Below are positions 1 to 11,709 of a stretch of 64,000 nucleotides of DNA, piece by piece (position 1 is the first letter of the stretch; every line of letters begins with the position of its first letter). Origin of the DNA: Eledone cirrhosa. Its lineage: Eukaryota. The notes below the pieces were generated by a model that did no database searches, had not been told where the DNA came from, and worked only from the letters and a program-made list of their open reading frames with translations. The stretch lies in NCBI GenBank assembly GCA_964016885.1, contig OZ024753.1, positions 11,966,001 through 12,030,000 on the forward strand. Reading direction: 5' to 3'. The position numbers and the translations under genes were made by a program.

Positions 1-135
1 GACAGAATCATTAAAATGTCACATGAAATATCTTTTGGTCTTTGCTCTCGCTCTTCGATCTGAGATCAATTTCCACCTTGTCCATCAGTCCAGTGTCAAC
101 AAGGAACCATTCAAATATCGATGACAATGTGTCTC

Positions 136-422
136 TAATAGGTTTAACCCTATTATATCTCATAATACTCTTAATAGGTTTAACCCTATTATATCTCGAT
201 ACTCTTAATAGGTTTAACCCTATTATATCTCGATACTCTTAATAGGTTTAACCCTATTACATCTCGATACTCTTAATAGGTTTAACCCTATTATATCTCG
301 ATACTCTTAATAGGTTTAACCCTATTATATCTCGATACTCTTAATAGGTTTAACCCTATTACATCTCGATACTCTTAATAGGTTTAACCCTATTATATCT
401 CGATACTCTTAATAGGGTTTAA
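136..422. repeat. 34-bp tandem minisatellite, about 8 copies
   Basis: Unit ACTCTTAATAGGTTTAACCCTATTATATCTCGAT repeated near-perfectly. Each unit has a hairpin TAATAGG/CCTATTA. A single copy recurs at about 1015-1058. Confidence 0.95.
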
Positions 423-424
423 TA

Positions 425-800
425 TGCAGGTGTGAGCCTCGTGAGCTGAAATACCTCTTCCAGCGCATCTCCCTTACCATCCTACAGGAAAACGCCTTCT
501 CCATTCTGTCCATCAGGGCTTTAGGGAGGCCAGCACGTGGGACCCCATTTGCTCACTATACAGTGAGATGGGGAGGGCGAGAGAAATCGTGGCGCGATGA
601 CAGTGAGATTTCGGTTCTTCCGCGTTCGGACCTGGTTTTATGTGAGAGATGGGGAGGGTGAGAGAGATGGAGGCGATGACAGTGGAGGCTCTGCTCTTCC
701 ACGTACGGACCTGGTGTGCATGAGAGATGGGGAGGGTGAGAGAGATCGTGGCGATGACGTTGGGAGTTCGGCTCTTCCGGGTCCGGACACATTTCACCTG
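425..800. repeat. Unclassified GC-rich interspersed repeat with internal 78-81 bp triplication
   Basis: Homologous copies at about 1060-1265 and 60208-60412. GAGATGGGGAGGG recurs at 565, 646 and 724. Confidence 0.8.
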
Positions 801-1059
801 TCAAGGGTGTATTTTCATACTTCTGACGAACTTTAACACTTAACCTATAATAATACTATTGCTAATAACAATATTTGTTTTATTTGTAATACTATTATTA
901 TTATATTAAACAATTATTTCTCTCTTCCTGAGTGAAATTAAAAATTCATATAGTATGTTTTGATTTAAATTAGCATTAATTAGCATTTCGTCCTCTCTCC
1001 ACTAGTTTGCTGATCTATTAACCCTATTATATCTCATAATACTCTTAATATGGTTAATA

Positions 1060-1265
1060 TTCAGGTGATACTCGCGGGCTGGAATGGTTCTTCTAATCCA
1101 TCTCCCTCACCATCCTCTGAGGAAACGCCTTCTCTATTCTGTCCGCCGGGAACGCGGGTGGGGGTCAGTGCGTGGGACCCCATTTGCTCATAATAGTGGA
1201 GAGAGAGAGAGAGAGAGACGCAGGCGATGACAGTGGGAGTTTGGTTCCTCTGTGTTCGGACCTTG
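1060..1265. repeat. Second copy of the GC-rich repeat at 425-800
   Basis: Shares CATCTCCCT.ACCATCCT, GGAAACGCCTTCT and CGTGGGACCCCATTTGCTCA blocks. Confidence 0.8.
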
Positions 1266-1495
1266 TGTATATGTGTGTGTGTAATTTTACCCTTGTTTTT
1301 GTTTTCGTGAGTGAAGTACAAGAAATATATAAACTAAATATAAATATAAATAAAATATATAGAATAAATATAAGTTGAAAAGTAAAGTCACTAAAAACAT
1401 CGTAAATTTCTCCAGAATGCTTAAATATCCATGGAGACTGTAACATCTATACAAGAAAAACATTATACTGACGTCTCAAAATACTCTGAGATAAT

Positions 1496-1683
1496 AATTA
1501 CTTCTACTTTTGGCACAAAGCCAGCAATTACCCAGAGCATTACTGGTACTTTATTTTATCGACCCCGTAAGGATGAAAGGCAAAGTTAACCTCGGCGGGA
1601 TTTGAACTCAGAATGGCAAGGGCCGTAACTCTATACGTCAAAGCATGGCATCCGACCCTCTACCGATATTGCCAATCCAACGC
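1496..1683 (-). mobile_element. tRNA-derived SINE, family 1 (about 190 bp)
   Basis: Reverse complement shows an A box-like TGGCA..ATCGGTAG, a B box GAGTTCAAATCCC, core GCCTTTCATCCTTACGGGGTCGATAAAATAAAGTACCAG and tail GTGCCAAAAGTAGAA. About 25 copies in the window. Confidence 0.9.
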
Positions 1684-2230
1684 TATGGAGAAAAATGTAA
1701 GCATTAAAAGTGTGTTTCTCTTCCCTCAGAAAACAAACAGCATAATATAAAAGAACGTACATTTTTGTCGTATAGCCATGATTTCTAATGAACTTACAAT
1801 TTGAATGATTTCTCTCGTCTGAAAGTAGTTATTCATAGCGGTAGGTTGAGGAGAGTGTTTGATTATTATAGTCAACCTTTCGGAGGGAGAGTGGAATAGG
1901 TTCCCGTGATAGTCATCGTTTGACAATTGCACATTATTTCTAGAGTTAATTAATAAACTCGTGATTATTCACTCATCATAGCTTTAATTTAATTCAAATC
2001 AATAAATATTTCTAGTAACATTGCGTTAATTATATTACCGCAGATATATCTATTTATCACGAGGATGAATGAGAACATTTCGAGTCCATTTACTGGATCA
2101 AATAAATCTCCATCAGCAAACTACTTCACAATGCAAACACAGAAATCCACGGTTTCCTTGTTTTCCTTTAGGCGGTGGGTGCAGTTATGTCGGTAGAAAG
2201 TGACAGCGATATTAGATATATATATATTTA

Positions 2231-2460
2231 AATATTAGAAATAGCTTTCATCGTATTTTTGGCTAAAGAAATTTTAGCGTGAGAGTGAGGTTTAGAACCC
2301 TCTAAGAAATGGAAAAAAGATTAGTATTAACGTACATGGAAGCCACTACTCATCTTTTTCTATTTAGCACTCTCATGCTAAAATTTCCTTTGTCAAAAAT
2401 ACGACGGCAGCATCTATTACTAACTTCAAACTCGCTCGCTGTTTCAAAACATACTTACTT
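2231..2460. mobile_element. Decayed fold-back element, family F
   Basis: Imperfect inverted repeat homologous to the near-perfect palindrome at 54968-55240, beside (TA)n. Confidence 0.7.
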
Positions 2461-2813
2461 ATATTTAAATGTGTTTCCATTCTGTTTCTCTTTCAAAACA
2501 TTGTTTTTATATTAAAGCATTCTCACTATATATTATATTGCTACGAAAAAATATTTTTTTATACAGGTTTAGAGCCACTTGTATTACAAGGCGATTGTAG
2601 CCGAAATAATCAGTCAGTATTTAGCTAGTATATAAATTACGATGATAAAATAAAGAATGAGCGTTGCACCACTTCACAATAATTTCTATTCATATTCATA
2701 ACATGCACACATCGGAGACAATCATATACCATTAAATTCATTTGATCCACACACACACACACTCGCACACGTACACGCACGCACACTCGCACTCGCACTC
2801 GCACACACACACA

Positions 2814-3022
2814 CTAGTCCACCTGTGACCCGTTGGATCACGTCCACTTCAAAATCTTTTTTAAAAACCATGTTCACTTAAAAATAATTTTCAAATAATT
2901 AAAATATACAGACATGTATATAATGTGAAAAGAGACTCGAAGGCCCATATATATATACGCGTGTGTGTATATATATATATATGTATATATATATGTGTGT
3001 GTGTGTATGTATATATATAAAG

Positions 3023-3054
<32 letters not shown>

Positions 3055-3415
3055 GTATGTATATATATATGTGGGTGTCTGTGATCTATATACACTCGTC
3101 ATACACACACACATATATACACAAACCACCACCAGCTCTCTCTCGTCCATTCTCCTTCTGTCAGCTCTCTCTTCCTTTGTCTCTTTCAATCTACTCTCTC
3201 ACAACCACTATCTCTTTCTCTCTCTCTCTCTCTCTATGAAGGTACTCGGAAAAACCCATATTTCGGGGACACGTTCACCGATTTACTTCTTTTATTCCAT
3301 TTGTATTCCCATTTCAAGGGCAACTTTCTTTCAAAGTATTTTCCCATTATGCGCCATTTTGGCTGCATTACATTAGACAAGCAAGCAAGCAACCACAGAG
3401 TTTTAGTATCATATA
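2814..3415 (-). mobile_element. Non-autonomous Helitron
   Basis: Minus-strand 3' end has hairpin GTGATCC-AAC-GGGTCAC followed by CTAG|T. Internal microsatellites. Homologous end to end with 13120-13758. Confidence 0.75.
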
Positions 3416-3525
3416 TTATATATATATATATATATAAAATGGAAAAATTTGAACAGGGACAAGACAGAGGCAGTACAACGAATGTTTATTAATTTCACCT
3501 TCAGAAGAGTGGGGTGTTGGTGGGG

Positions 3526-3559
3526 GACGACGTTTCGGGCATAATCCCTTCCTCAGGTG
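3526..3559 (-). ncRNA. Minimal hammerhead-like motif with weak stem I
   Basis: Minus strand: cac CTGAGGA aGGG-attatg-CCC GAAA CG TC gtc. Palindromic ACGT stem III, GUC site, only 2 bp of stem I. Confidence 0.5.
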
Positions 3560-4270
3560 GGAAGTGTGTGGGAACAGAGTTCAAAGGGTGTGTAGGGGAG
3601 TGGTGGAGAGACATATAGCGAAAGGAAACGGTGCGAATGAAAAAAAATATATATATATAGTATTAAGGATACTATTTATGGTTATGTATATACTAAAACC
3701 TTTTATTTTGTATTCCTCCTCGTCGGCATCATTTCATTCTGTGAGGTTTAATATAGTGAATATATGCGCAAAGGATAGGTGACGTCACTTCCGCCCAAAT
3801 GTGAGGAGCGGGAATACTTACACCGAACAATTTAGTTGCAGCTAGTTTTTCCAACCTGAAAGACTTGTTCAGTACTCCTCTTCCTATCGCCATTAGCAAG
3901 TCAGCACATCTCTAGCTGACATATTTCATATACCACAACATGGCATTCTTATTCGAAACAAGGACTTTACTTCTTCAATGTGAGTAACTAAAGGCTAATA
4001 TTTACGACACTCATGGAGTTGAACATTATTTTCCACTGATCTGATCACACATTTGTCACATATTCTGCATTCCTATGTTTTCAATCAAAACACCTTCTGA
4101 TTTCTTATACACCTTTTTACTTTACTGGTGACCGCCTTGCTACAGTTCCCTTATGCAACAGACAATGTAACGTATGCATTTGTTGTTGGTATGCGAACGG
4201 TATCATTAGATGAATATACGATTATGTGATATGCCACAGGCAAGAACAAGATTTGTTCTTCCTGTGTTCT

Positions 4271-4314
<44 letters not shown>

Positions 4315-4416
4315 TGTAATCTGAGTTTCTCGAATATTAACATTCCATTCGTTTGCAATTATACAAACAAGCCTCATATTAATAGCCATGTCCTTAGAAT
4401 GGACTCTTCATTCTTG

Positions 4417-4469
<53 letters not shown>

Positions 4470-4472
<3 letters not shown>

Positions 4473-4790
4473 TATTTATTAAAATAACAGATTAAAGTTT
4501 AAGCAAAGAATCGCTGCTTTCACCCTTAACGGGATCTTCTGAAACGAACAAAGTCGATCTGTAAACGCAGAAGTGGATATTTAAAAAAACGTTGCAACCG
4601 AAGGGAGACAGGAGACGACACTTTATATATATAGTTCTACAACAGTTAGTCAACCATACTGAGAACAAATACTTCACCTTGTGCGGATTATCAGCTCGGT
4701 CTGATGATCTACATATGGTGAAGTATTTGTTCTCGGTATGGCGCACTAAATGTTCTCGGTATGGCGCACTAAATGTTGTGGAACTACTTC
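4470..4790. mobile_element. Fold-back element, family G
   Basis: Inverted arms CCATACTGAGAACAAATACTTCACC (about 4654) and GGTGAAGTATTTGTTCTCGGTATGG (about 4717), with a unique tail beside (TA)n. Tail recurs at 11654-11699, 37445-37490 and 56095-56490. Confidence 0.75.
4497..4545 (-). ncRNA. Atypical type I hammerhead-like motif (CAGAAGA core)
   Basis: Minus strand: gttt CAGAAGA tCCC-gttaa-GGGt GAA AGCA-gcgattctt-TGCT T aaac. All three stems pair; U4 is replaced by A. Confidence 0.55.
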
Positions 4791-5835
4791 TACCAAACTC
4801 GTCCCATGGACTGAGTGCTCTACTACTACGGATATAACCCTCCAGTATTCTATTACTCTCTCTCGCTCGCTCTCTCTCTCGCTCTCTCACTCTCTCGCTC
4901 TCTCTCTCTCTCTCGCTCTCTCTCTCTCTCTCACTCTCTCTCTCTCTATATATATATAATTGAATTGAATAACATCTATTGTTTTGATTCTAGCGAATAG
5001 TCTTATAATATCAGAGCCCCTATCCCGGAATGTATTTATGTATGTATTTATGTATGTATGTTTATTGCATTTATGTATGTTTATTGCATTTATGTATGTT
5101 TATTGCATTTATGTATGTTTATTGCATTTATGTATGTATGTTGGTACAGATATATGAACACATGTATCAATGTATATATCTTAACTTTTGACATTCCCTA
5201 TTTGTATCGAAATGCTTCTGTGATCAGTCAATATATGTATTTACGTCTCTCTCTCTCTCTCTCTCTCCCCATCTCTCCCCCTCTCTCTCTCTCTTCCTCT
5301 CTTTCTTCCTCTCTCTTCCTCTCTTTCTTCCTCTCTCTTCCTCTCTTTCTTCCTCTCTCTTCCTCTCTTTCTTCCTCTCTCTTCCTCTCTTTCTCTCTAT
5401 CTCTCTTCCTCTCTTTCTCTCTATCTCTCTTCCTCTCTTTCTCTCTATCTCTCTTCCTCTCTTTCTCTCTTTCTCTCTATCTCTCTTCCTCTATATATAT
5501 ATGCGTGTAATGTAGATATATTTGCACTCATATAGAGCTGTACAGATTCCTTTAGTAGATAAGTGTTTCCAATTGTTTTTATTGGCATATGTGAATTTAT
5601 ATTTGTTTCTTTGTTTTGGGTTTATTTTAGCTCCCCAGGAAAGCCAAACGAAGAATAATTTGAAAGGTTTAGAAATTTATCGATTTCGACGATGAGAGCA
5701 AGTTTTCATTGTATTTGTAGGAAAACGCTATCGTGTCCATGGTTTTTATTGGTATCTATTTGTATCTATCAAGGAAGTTTTGTTAAAGTACGCATGTATA
5801 TATATGACATACGCCTGTACTTCACCATATTTACA

Positions 5836-6265
5836 GGGCGGTGAACTGGCAGGATCAGTAGAACGTCAGACAGCATGCTTTGCAACATAGTTATAGCCCT
5901 TTACGTTCTGAGTTCAAATCCCGCCAAGGTTAGCTTTGCCTTTCATCTTTACGGGGTCGATAAACAAAGCACCATTAATACACCGGCTTAATTGCCGGTC
6001 TTGTGCCTAAAGTAGAAACAATTATATTTATAGGCATTTATTAAGGTAATGGATTGACAGTGTCAGTAGAGCGTCGGACACTCTGCTTCGTGGCATAGAT
6101 TTATGCCCCTTCACGTTCTGAGTTCAAATCCTGCCGTAGTTAGCTTTGCCCTTCATCCTTAGCGGTCGATAAATGAAAACACCAGTAATGGACTGGGGTC
6201 GATTTGATGGACTTTCCCCTCACCATAAAATTGATGGTCTAGTGCCTAAGATAGAAACAATTATA
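5836..6265 (+). mobile_element. Two tandem SINE family 1 copies (5836-6025, 6045-6265)
   Basis: B box GAGTTCAAATCC, core TTTGCC.TTCATC and tail GTGCCTAA..TAGAAACAATTAT in each. Confidence 0.88.
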
Positions 6266-6726
6266 TTTATAGTCATTTATACATGAAACTTGGAAAGAAA
6301 TCTATACGAATACAATTCGTACACACTAATTTAGTGGCCAAATTCCTTACAGTAATACTCCACGTCATATATGGCTAAGCTTCTTCATTCTTATAATTTA
6401 CTCTCTAATCAATAAGATTTAATCACTTACTCCAAAGTTGAATTTTCCAAATCAATAATTAGGCAACATAGTCATAATTAGTAAGGTTTCCTTTACCAAG
6501 CATTTGGAAGTTTAACTAACAAATACAATAATCTTTCAACATTTTATAACCATCTAAGCTTTATTAAAGTTAAACGGCATAATTACTCGTTTGGGATATG
6601 GTGGATTCATTTATTTAATGAGAATTCGCAATTACCATGCTAATCACTAACTAGCACATCATCTGTGTGTGTGTGTGTCTGTGTGCATGTAGTCATATGT
6701 TGTGTTTGAGGGCATATCTCACACGC

Positions 6727-6763
<37 letters not shown>

Positions 6764-6857
6764 TATAATATATAACTTAGAGTTTACACTCAATGGGGTC
6801 ATTTACAATTATTTCAGCTCTAAGAATCGCTTCTGAGCAGTATAAATTAATATATGA

Positions 6858-6997
6858 TAAACATTTACATGTTTTAGTTGCAATTGACTAATAAAATAGT
6901 TAGAATGAAATATCTTAATTCAATATATGTATTTGAAGTAAGATATTTTATTCTAACTATTTTATTAGTCAATTGCAACTAAAACATGTAAATGTTT
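6858..6997. repeat. About 140-bp near-perfect palindrome between (TA)n tracts
   Basis: TAAACATTTACATGTTTTAGTTGCAATTGACTAATAAAATAGTTAGAAT is mirrored at the right end. Unique left extension at about 6775-6857. Confidence 0.9.
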
Positions 6998-7005
6998 ATA
7001 ATATA

Positions 7006-7040
<35 letters not shown>

Positions 7041-7650
7041 TATAGTTGCACGCACGAGAGTGTGTGTGTGTGTATAGGATTGGGACATAAGTATATATGC
7101 GCAGTGGCATTTGAAATAGTTGCGTTGATGTCTAAGATTGCGATAATTCCAGTGGAATTGAGAGATCCTTAATCTTTCATAGGATATATCTCCAGTAGAC
7201 GAGAAACGTTGATGTAATATCTGCAACTCAAGAGTAACTGTTATTATAGAACTCTTCTTCTTTTCTAATTATAGCAATGGTTGGTTAGTGACATCGGTCC
7301 AATTCAAGGCCTTTCCTTACAACAAAAAAGCATCACGCACAAAGATCACTCGGTAAGGTAAGATTGTTATTTTACTAAGTGAAAGCCCATAACTTTGTTT
7401 CAAGACCCCATTAATGTTATATCAAAATTGTTGCCATATCTACTAACGGCTAACGTTGTGAACGTCATCGTATGTAATTTTCAGGCTAAAAAAAAAAAAA
7501 GTTATATTCGTTCGTTCAACTCAGGTTGACAATATTTGTTAGCCACACGCGATCACGGTTTGGTCGCCATCATATATATACTCTCTTACTCTTTTACATG
7601 TTCCAGCCATCGCGTTGTTTTTTTTCTGCTAGTATGTAAAGTATACTATG

Positions 7651-7724
<74 letters not shown>

Positions 7725-7793
7725 ACATGATAAATAGATCTTTCAATTTATTTTTGGTCCACATAAAGTATTTGATAAATCCACCTACACACG

Positions 7794-7835
<42 letters not shown>

Positions 7836-8250
7836 AAAATATATATATATAAAGATATACGTTTGTGTGAGAGTGTATATGTAGGTGGAATTGTGAAAAC
7901 GTTTTCATGTGCTATAAGCAAAACGTTTCAAAAGTTATTTTGATATTCCAAAACCTAAAATTGGCTCAAGATTCACCCAAAGAAATATATTTACCACAAT
8001 ATATTGATGATATGCCATAGGTGAATGCATATGTCTCTCTTCCTTTCCACATTGCCCCACCCTCATTTCTCTCTCTCTCTCTCTCTCTCTCTTCCTCTCT
8101 CTCTCTCTCTCTCTCTGTATATATATATATATATATAAGTTTAGGAATAGCCAAAGAGTGCTTAGAAATAAAAGGGCAATATATCTACGTGTCTTTGCAC
8201 ATTGATATACTTGTCAACGAAACTATATATATTAATATATATATATATAT

Positions 8251-8544
8251 AGGAAAGTTATTCCCGGTTGAATCGGAGGTAATCACAGTACGTAAGGTAC
8301 TCAATACATAGAAGACTATAAACTTGTTTATAGTATTCTTTCTGCCTTTGTCACTCTAAATGTATTATAGCTTTAAAGAATTAGCTTTTAATGAATTCCC
8401 TTTTCTTTCAACCCATCCCACTCCCCATCCTCTCTTACCACCTAAAAAGATATAAATACCACGTTTATTTTGGACAGCCAAATTCCTGATGATTTGTAAA
8501 GAATGAAACAGTTCTAGTCTTGTAAAATTTCATCTATATTAAAA

Positions 8545-8547
<3 letters not shown>
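8251..8547. mobile_element. Family B element with + strand HHR motif at 8480-8530
   Basis: Left part matches the tail at 28812-28880. Motif aaattc CTGATGA tttgtaaagaat GAA ACAG-ttctagtc-TTGT A aaattt. (TA)n on both sides. Confidence 0.7.
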
Positions 8548-8579
<32 letters not shown>

Positions 8580-8581
<2 letters not shown>

Positions 8582-8945
8582 AAAGTTATATTTAAATTGT
8601 TGGGTTAACAACGAGTAAATATTTATAACTGATATAAAAGCACTCAACAAGTATTTGGAGTATATTTATGATATTAAATAAATGGAAACTATATTTATAA
8701 AACCATATTTATTTCGTTATATATATTTCAGGGATATCATATTAACAATATGTTATGCCTTCTTCAGACAAAATACAATATAAACAGTCTTATAAATAAA
8801 TAGATACGACATACCTTTCAATCACCTTGCATTTGGGAGGTTGATTTGTCTGAAGAAGGCATAACATATTGTTAATATGATATCCCTGAAATACATATAA
8901 CGAAATAAATATGGTTTTATAAATATAGTTTCCATTTATTTAATT
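8580..8945. mobile_element. Fold-back HHR element, family A copy 1
   Basis: Arms of about 100 bp (about 8673-8772 and 8845-8943), unique left tail, flanked by (TA)n. Confidence 0.85.
8710..8775 (-). ncRNA. Type I hammerhead ribozyme (family A); mirror copy on + at 8845-8904
   Basis: tattttgt CTGAAGA AGGcATAaCATATT-gtt-AATATGaTATcCCT GAAA TATATA TA acgaaata. 8-bp stem I, long stem II, palindromic stem III. Confidence 0.8.
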
Positions 8946-9131
8946 ATATATATATATATATATATATCAGATCTACGGGTTGAAATGACAGCTCAGTCGT
9001 CGTGATTCCGAATGTTTCATATATATATATATATAAGCTGGTTATAGAATATTTAGCATCAATAGCTTAAACCCAGCATGGCCCCAGACGGATAGAACAC
9101 ATAATACTTATATATACATATATGACATAAT

Positions 9132-9185
<54 letters not shown>

Positions 9186-9189
<4 letters not shown>

Positions 9190-9712
9190 AATAAGTCGAG
9201 TATATAAAATTTGGCTTCGTTTATTATAAATTATAGATATACTGGTATATATATTTCGGTGACAGCTGTGACCTCTTCAGGCAGTCGCAATTGGTGTGGG
9301 AGAGACAGGTACACATGTTGTTGAAGTGTGTTTTACTCCGTCAATACATCGATATGTCCAGCTCCTGGTTGTGTTGTTATTTCTCTGAGGAACTGGAATC
9401 ATAGTTCGAGTTCGTCAGAGAAATAACACAACCACGATCTGGACATATCGATGTATTGACGGAGTAAATCACACTTCAACAACATGTGTACCTGTCTTTC
9501 CCGCACCAATTCGGATTGCCTGAAGAGGTCACCGCCAATGATGGCTGTCACCGAAATATATATAGCAGTATATCTATAATTTATAATAAACGAAGCCAAA
9601 TTTTACATATTTGAGTTAATTATTTTACATTACCAAGGAGTAAACAAACCAACCTGCGTACTTCGTCGAGGACTCCAATCTGCATACTAGGTGTCGGTAA
9701 ACAACCAGCATA
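9186..9712. mobile_element. Fold-back HHR element, family D
   Basis: Inverted arms of about 210 bp centred near 9400, unique right tail, directly after (TA)n. Confidence 0.85.
9515..9569 (+). ncRNA. Type I hammerhead ribozyme (family D); mirror on - at 9241-9295
   Basis: attgc CTGAAGA GGTcACcGCCA-atga-TGGCtGTcACC GAAA TATATA TA gcagt. Confidence 0.82.
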
Positions 9713-9739
9713 TACTCTCGTTCTCTCTCTCTCTCTGGC

Positions 9740-9850
9740 TTCAAGAACTGTTACATTCGAGAGAAGCCATTTCTATATTAAATATTTATACTCTATGTAT
9801 TGGGTACCTTACTTACTGTGGTTACCCTAGATTGAAGTCGGGATAAACTT
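9740..9850 (+). mobile_element. Family B 3' tail fragment
   Basis: AGAAGCCATTTCTATA...TATTGGGTACCTTACTTACTG...CGGGATAAAC matches 20245-20340. Confidence 0.7.
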
Positions 9851-9947
9851 ATATATATATATGCTAGCTATAGAATGTGTAGCATAAATAGCCGAACCCC
9901 AGCATGGCCTCAGCCTATCGGCTAGAACAGGAAATAGTGATATATAT

Positions 9948-10330
9948 GTAGACATTTCGTATTTCTGAAGAAACACGGTTTTAGGAAGCCGTAGCTATGC
10001 AAACACCGGGGCTAACACCTTCTTGTGGTGTCCAGCAGAAGCAAGGGGGACAACGGTCTATGCATTTCAGGCTTGGCTAGTCTTCTTCAGGACGGTCCCT
10101 CCCGCCGCCTGCAACTGCTGGACTTGAAAACAGTCGAGAATATATAGTTTTCTCGTCTGTGTAAATGAGGTGATTAATTTCATTTGCATATGAAGCTGCA
10201 TAAGTTGGCTCAACTTATAATAGAATAGAAATAGGATTTCGCTTCTAGCATAGCGGGGGCGTTAGCCCCGGTCTTTGCATAGCTACTACTTCCTAAAGCC
10301 GTGTTTCTTTAGAAATACGAAATTTCTATA
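9948..10330. mobile_element. Family E element with about 68-bp inverted ends
   Basis: Arms at about 9948-10016 and 10261-10328. The interior 10118-10235 is homologous to 50943-51060. Confidence 0.8.
10054..10095 (-). ncRNA. Minimal type I hammerhead ribozyme (family E)
   Basis: Minus strand: ccgtc CTGAAGA AGaCT-agcca-AGcCT GAAA TGCA TA gaccg. Palindromic ATGCAT stem III. Confidence 0.7.
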
Positions 10331-10554
10331 CATATTTGTATAACGCTATGCTTGAAGCGAAATCCGATTTGTATATATATATATATATAGAGAGAGAAAT
10401 TGAAGATTCAAGACCTTAGCGCTATGTCGTATATCTAATCTCTTATATATTTTTTTCTGATGAAAACGTACTGACACACCATTGTACCTTTGAAATATGT
10501 ATAATAAAATATATACTTTGGTTATGATAATATTTCTCATTTATTAATATTTTG

Positions 10555-10597
<43 letters not shown>

Positions 10598-11041
10598 GAC
10601 ATTTGTGTAATACTAACTTTAAAATATCTCTATTGAAATCTGCACGAATGTTTTTTTATGATTCATATATATGTATGTTACGCATTTCATTTATTCCTAT
10701 ATTCATACACTTGGTCGTTTTAGTATGTTATCCTTCATCAGTGTATGTTTCCGTGCGTGTATCTGTATATATATACGTCTATATATACATATGCGTGTGT
10801 CTAAGTTGCAAGCAGCATCAAACTAGAATCAGGAGAAATTCAATAACTTGACGTCATCCTCCAATGATAAAAGACTTCAGCACAGCTTTTGCAAATTTTT
10901 TGATACACTTAATTTGAAATAGGATCAGGCAAGTAAAAATACTAACCACACAATATTGATGATACGCCATGGGTTAATGCTCCTTTCTCTCTCTCTCTCG
11001 CTCGCTCGCTCGCACGTAGAAATACGCACAAGAACAAACGT

Positions 11042-11052
11042 GTATGTATGTA

Positions 11053-11098
<46 letters not shown>

Positions 11099-11436
11099 TG
11101 TGTATATATGTGTATATATATATGTATATATGTATGTGTATACATATATATGTATATATGTATGTATGTGTATATATATATATGTATATATGTATGTATG
11201 TGTATATATATATATGTATATATGTATGTATGTGTATATATATATGTATATATGTATGTATGTGTATATGTATATATATGTATATATGTATGTATGTGTA
11301 TATGTATATATATGTATATATGTATGTATGTGTATATATGTATGTATGTGCATATGTATATATGTATATATGTATGTATGTGTATATATATGTATATATG
11401 TATGTATGTGTATATATGTATATATGTATGTATGTG

Positions 11437-11468
<32 letters not shown>

Positions 11469-11560
11469 TGTGTATATATATATATATGTATATATGTATG
11501 TATCTATATATATGTATATGTATATATGTATGTATCTATCTATATGTATATGTATATATT
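11042..11560. repeat. Compound (TA)n/(TATG)n/(TG)n microsatellite
   Basis: Direct inspection. Source of the spurious Y/I/C/V/M ORFs. Confidence 0.95.
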
Positions 11561-11709
11561 GTAATAATAATGAATTTGAAGACTAAAATCCAAAGAGGGC
11601 TCCATAGGATAAATATATATCAAATATATAAAAACCGTAGAGCAAATATTTAGAAGCAGCGATTCTTTGCTTAAACTTTAATCTGTTATTTTACTAAATA
11701 TATATATAT

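Noticed and set aside
136-422. CRISPR-like array of 34-bp palindromic repeats
   Set aside because: Units are contiguous with no unique spacers, no cas genes are present and the context is eukaryotic. It is a minisatellite.
4706-4745. Second HHR in family G (CTGATGA...GAAG)
   Set aside because: GAAG replaces GAAA, G falls at the cleavage position and there is no convincing stem I.
5631-5666. 36-nt symmetric micro-exon after a T-rich tract
   Set aside because: The donor (GTTTAG) is mediocre, there is no neighbouring exon or homology, and such matches are expected by chance in AT-rich DNA.
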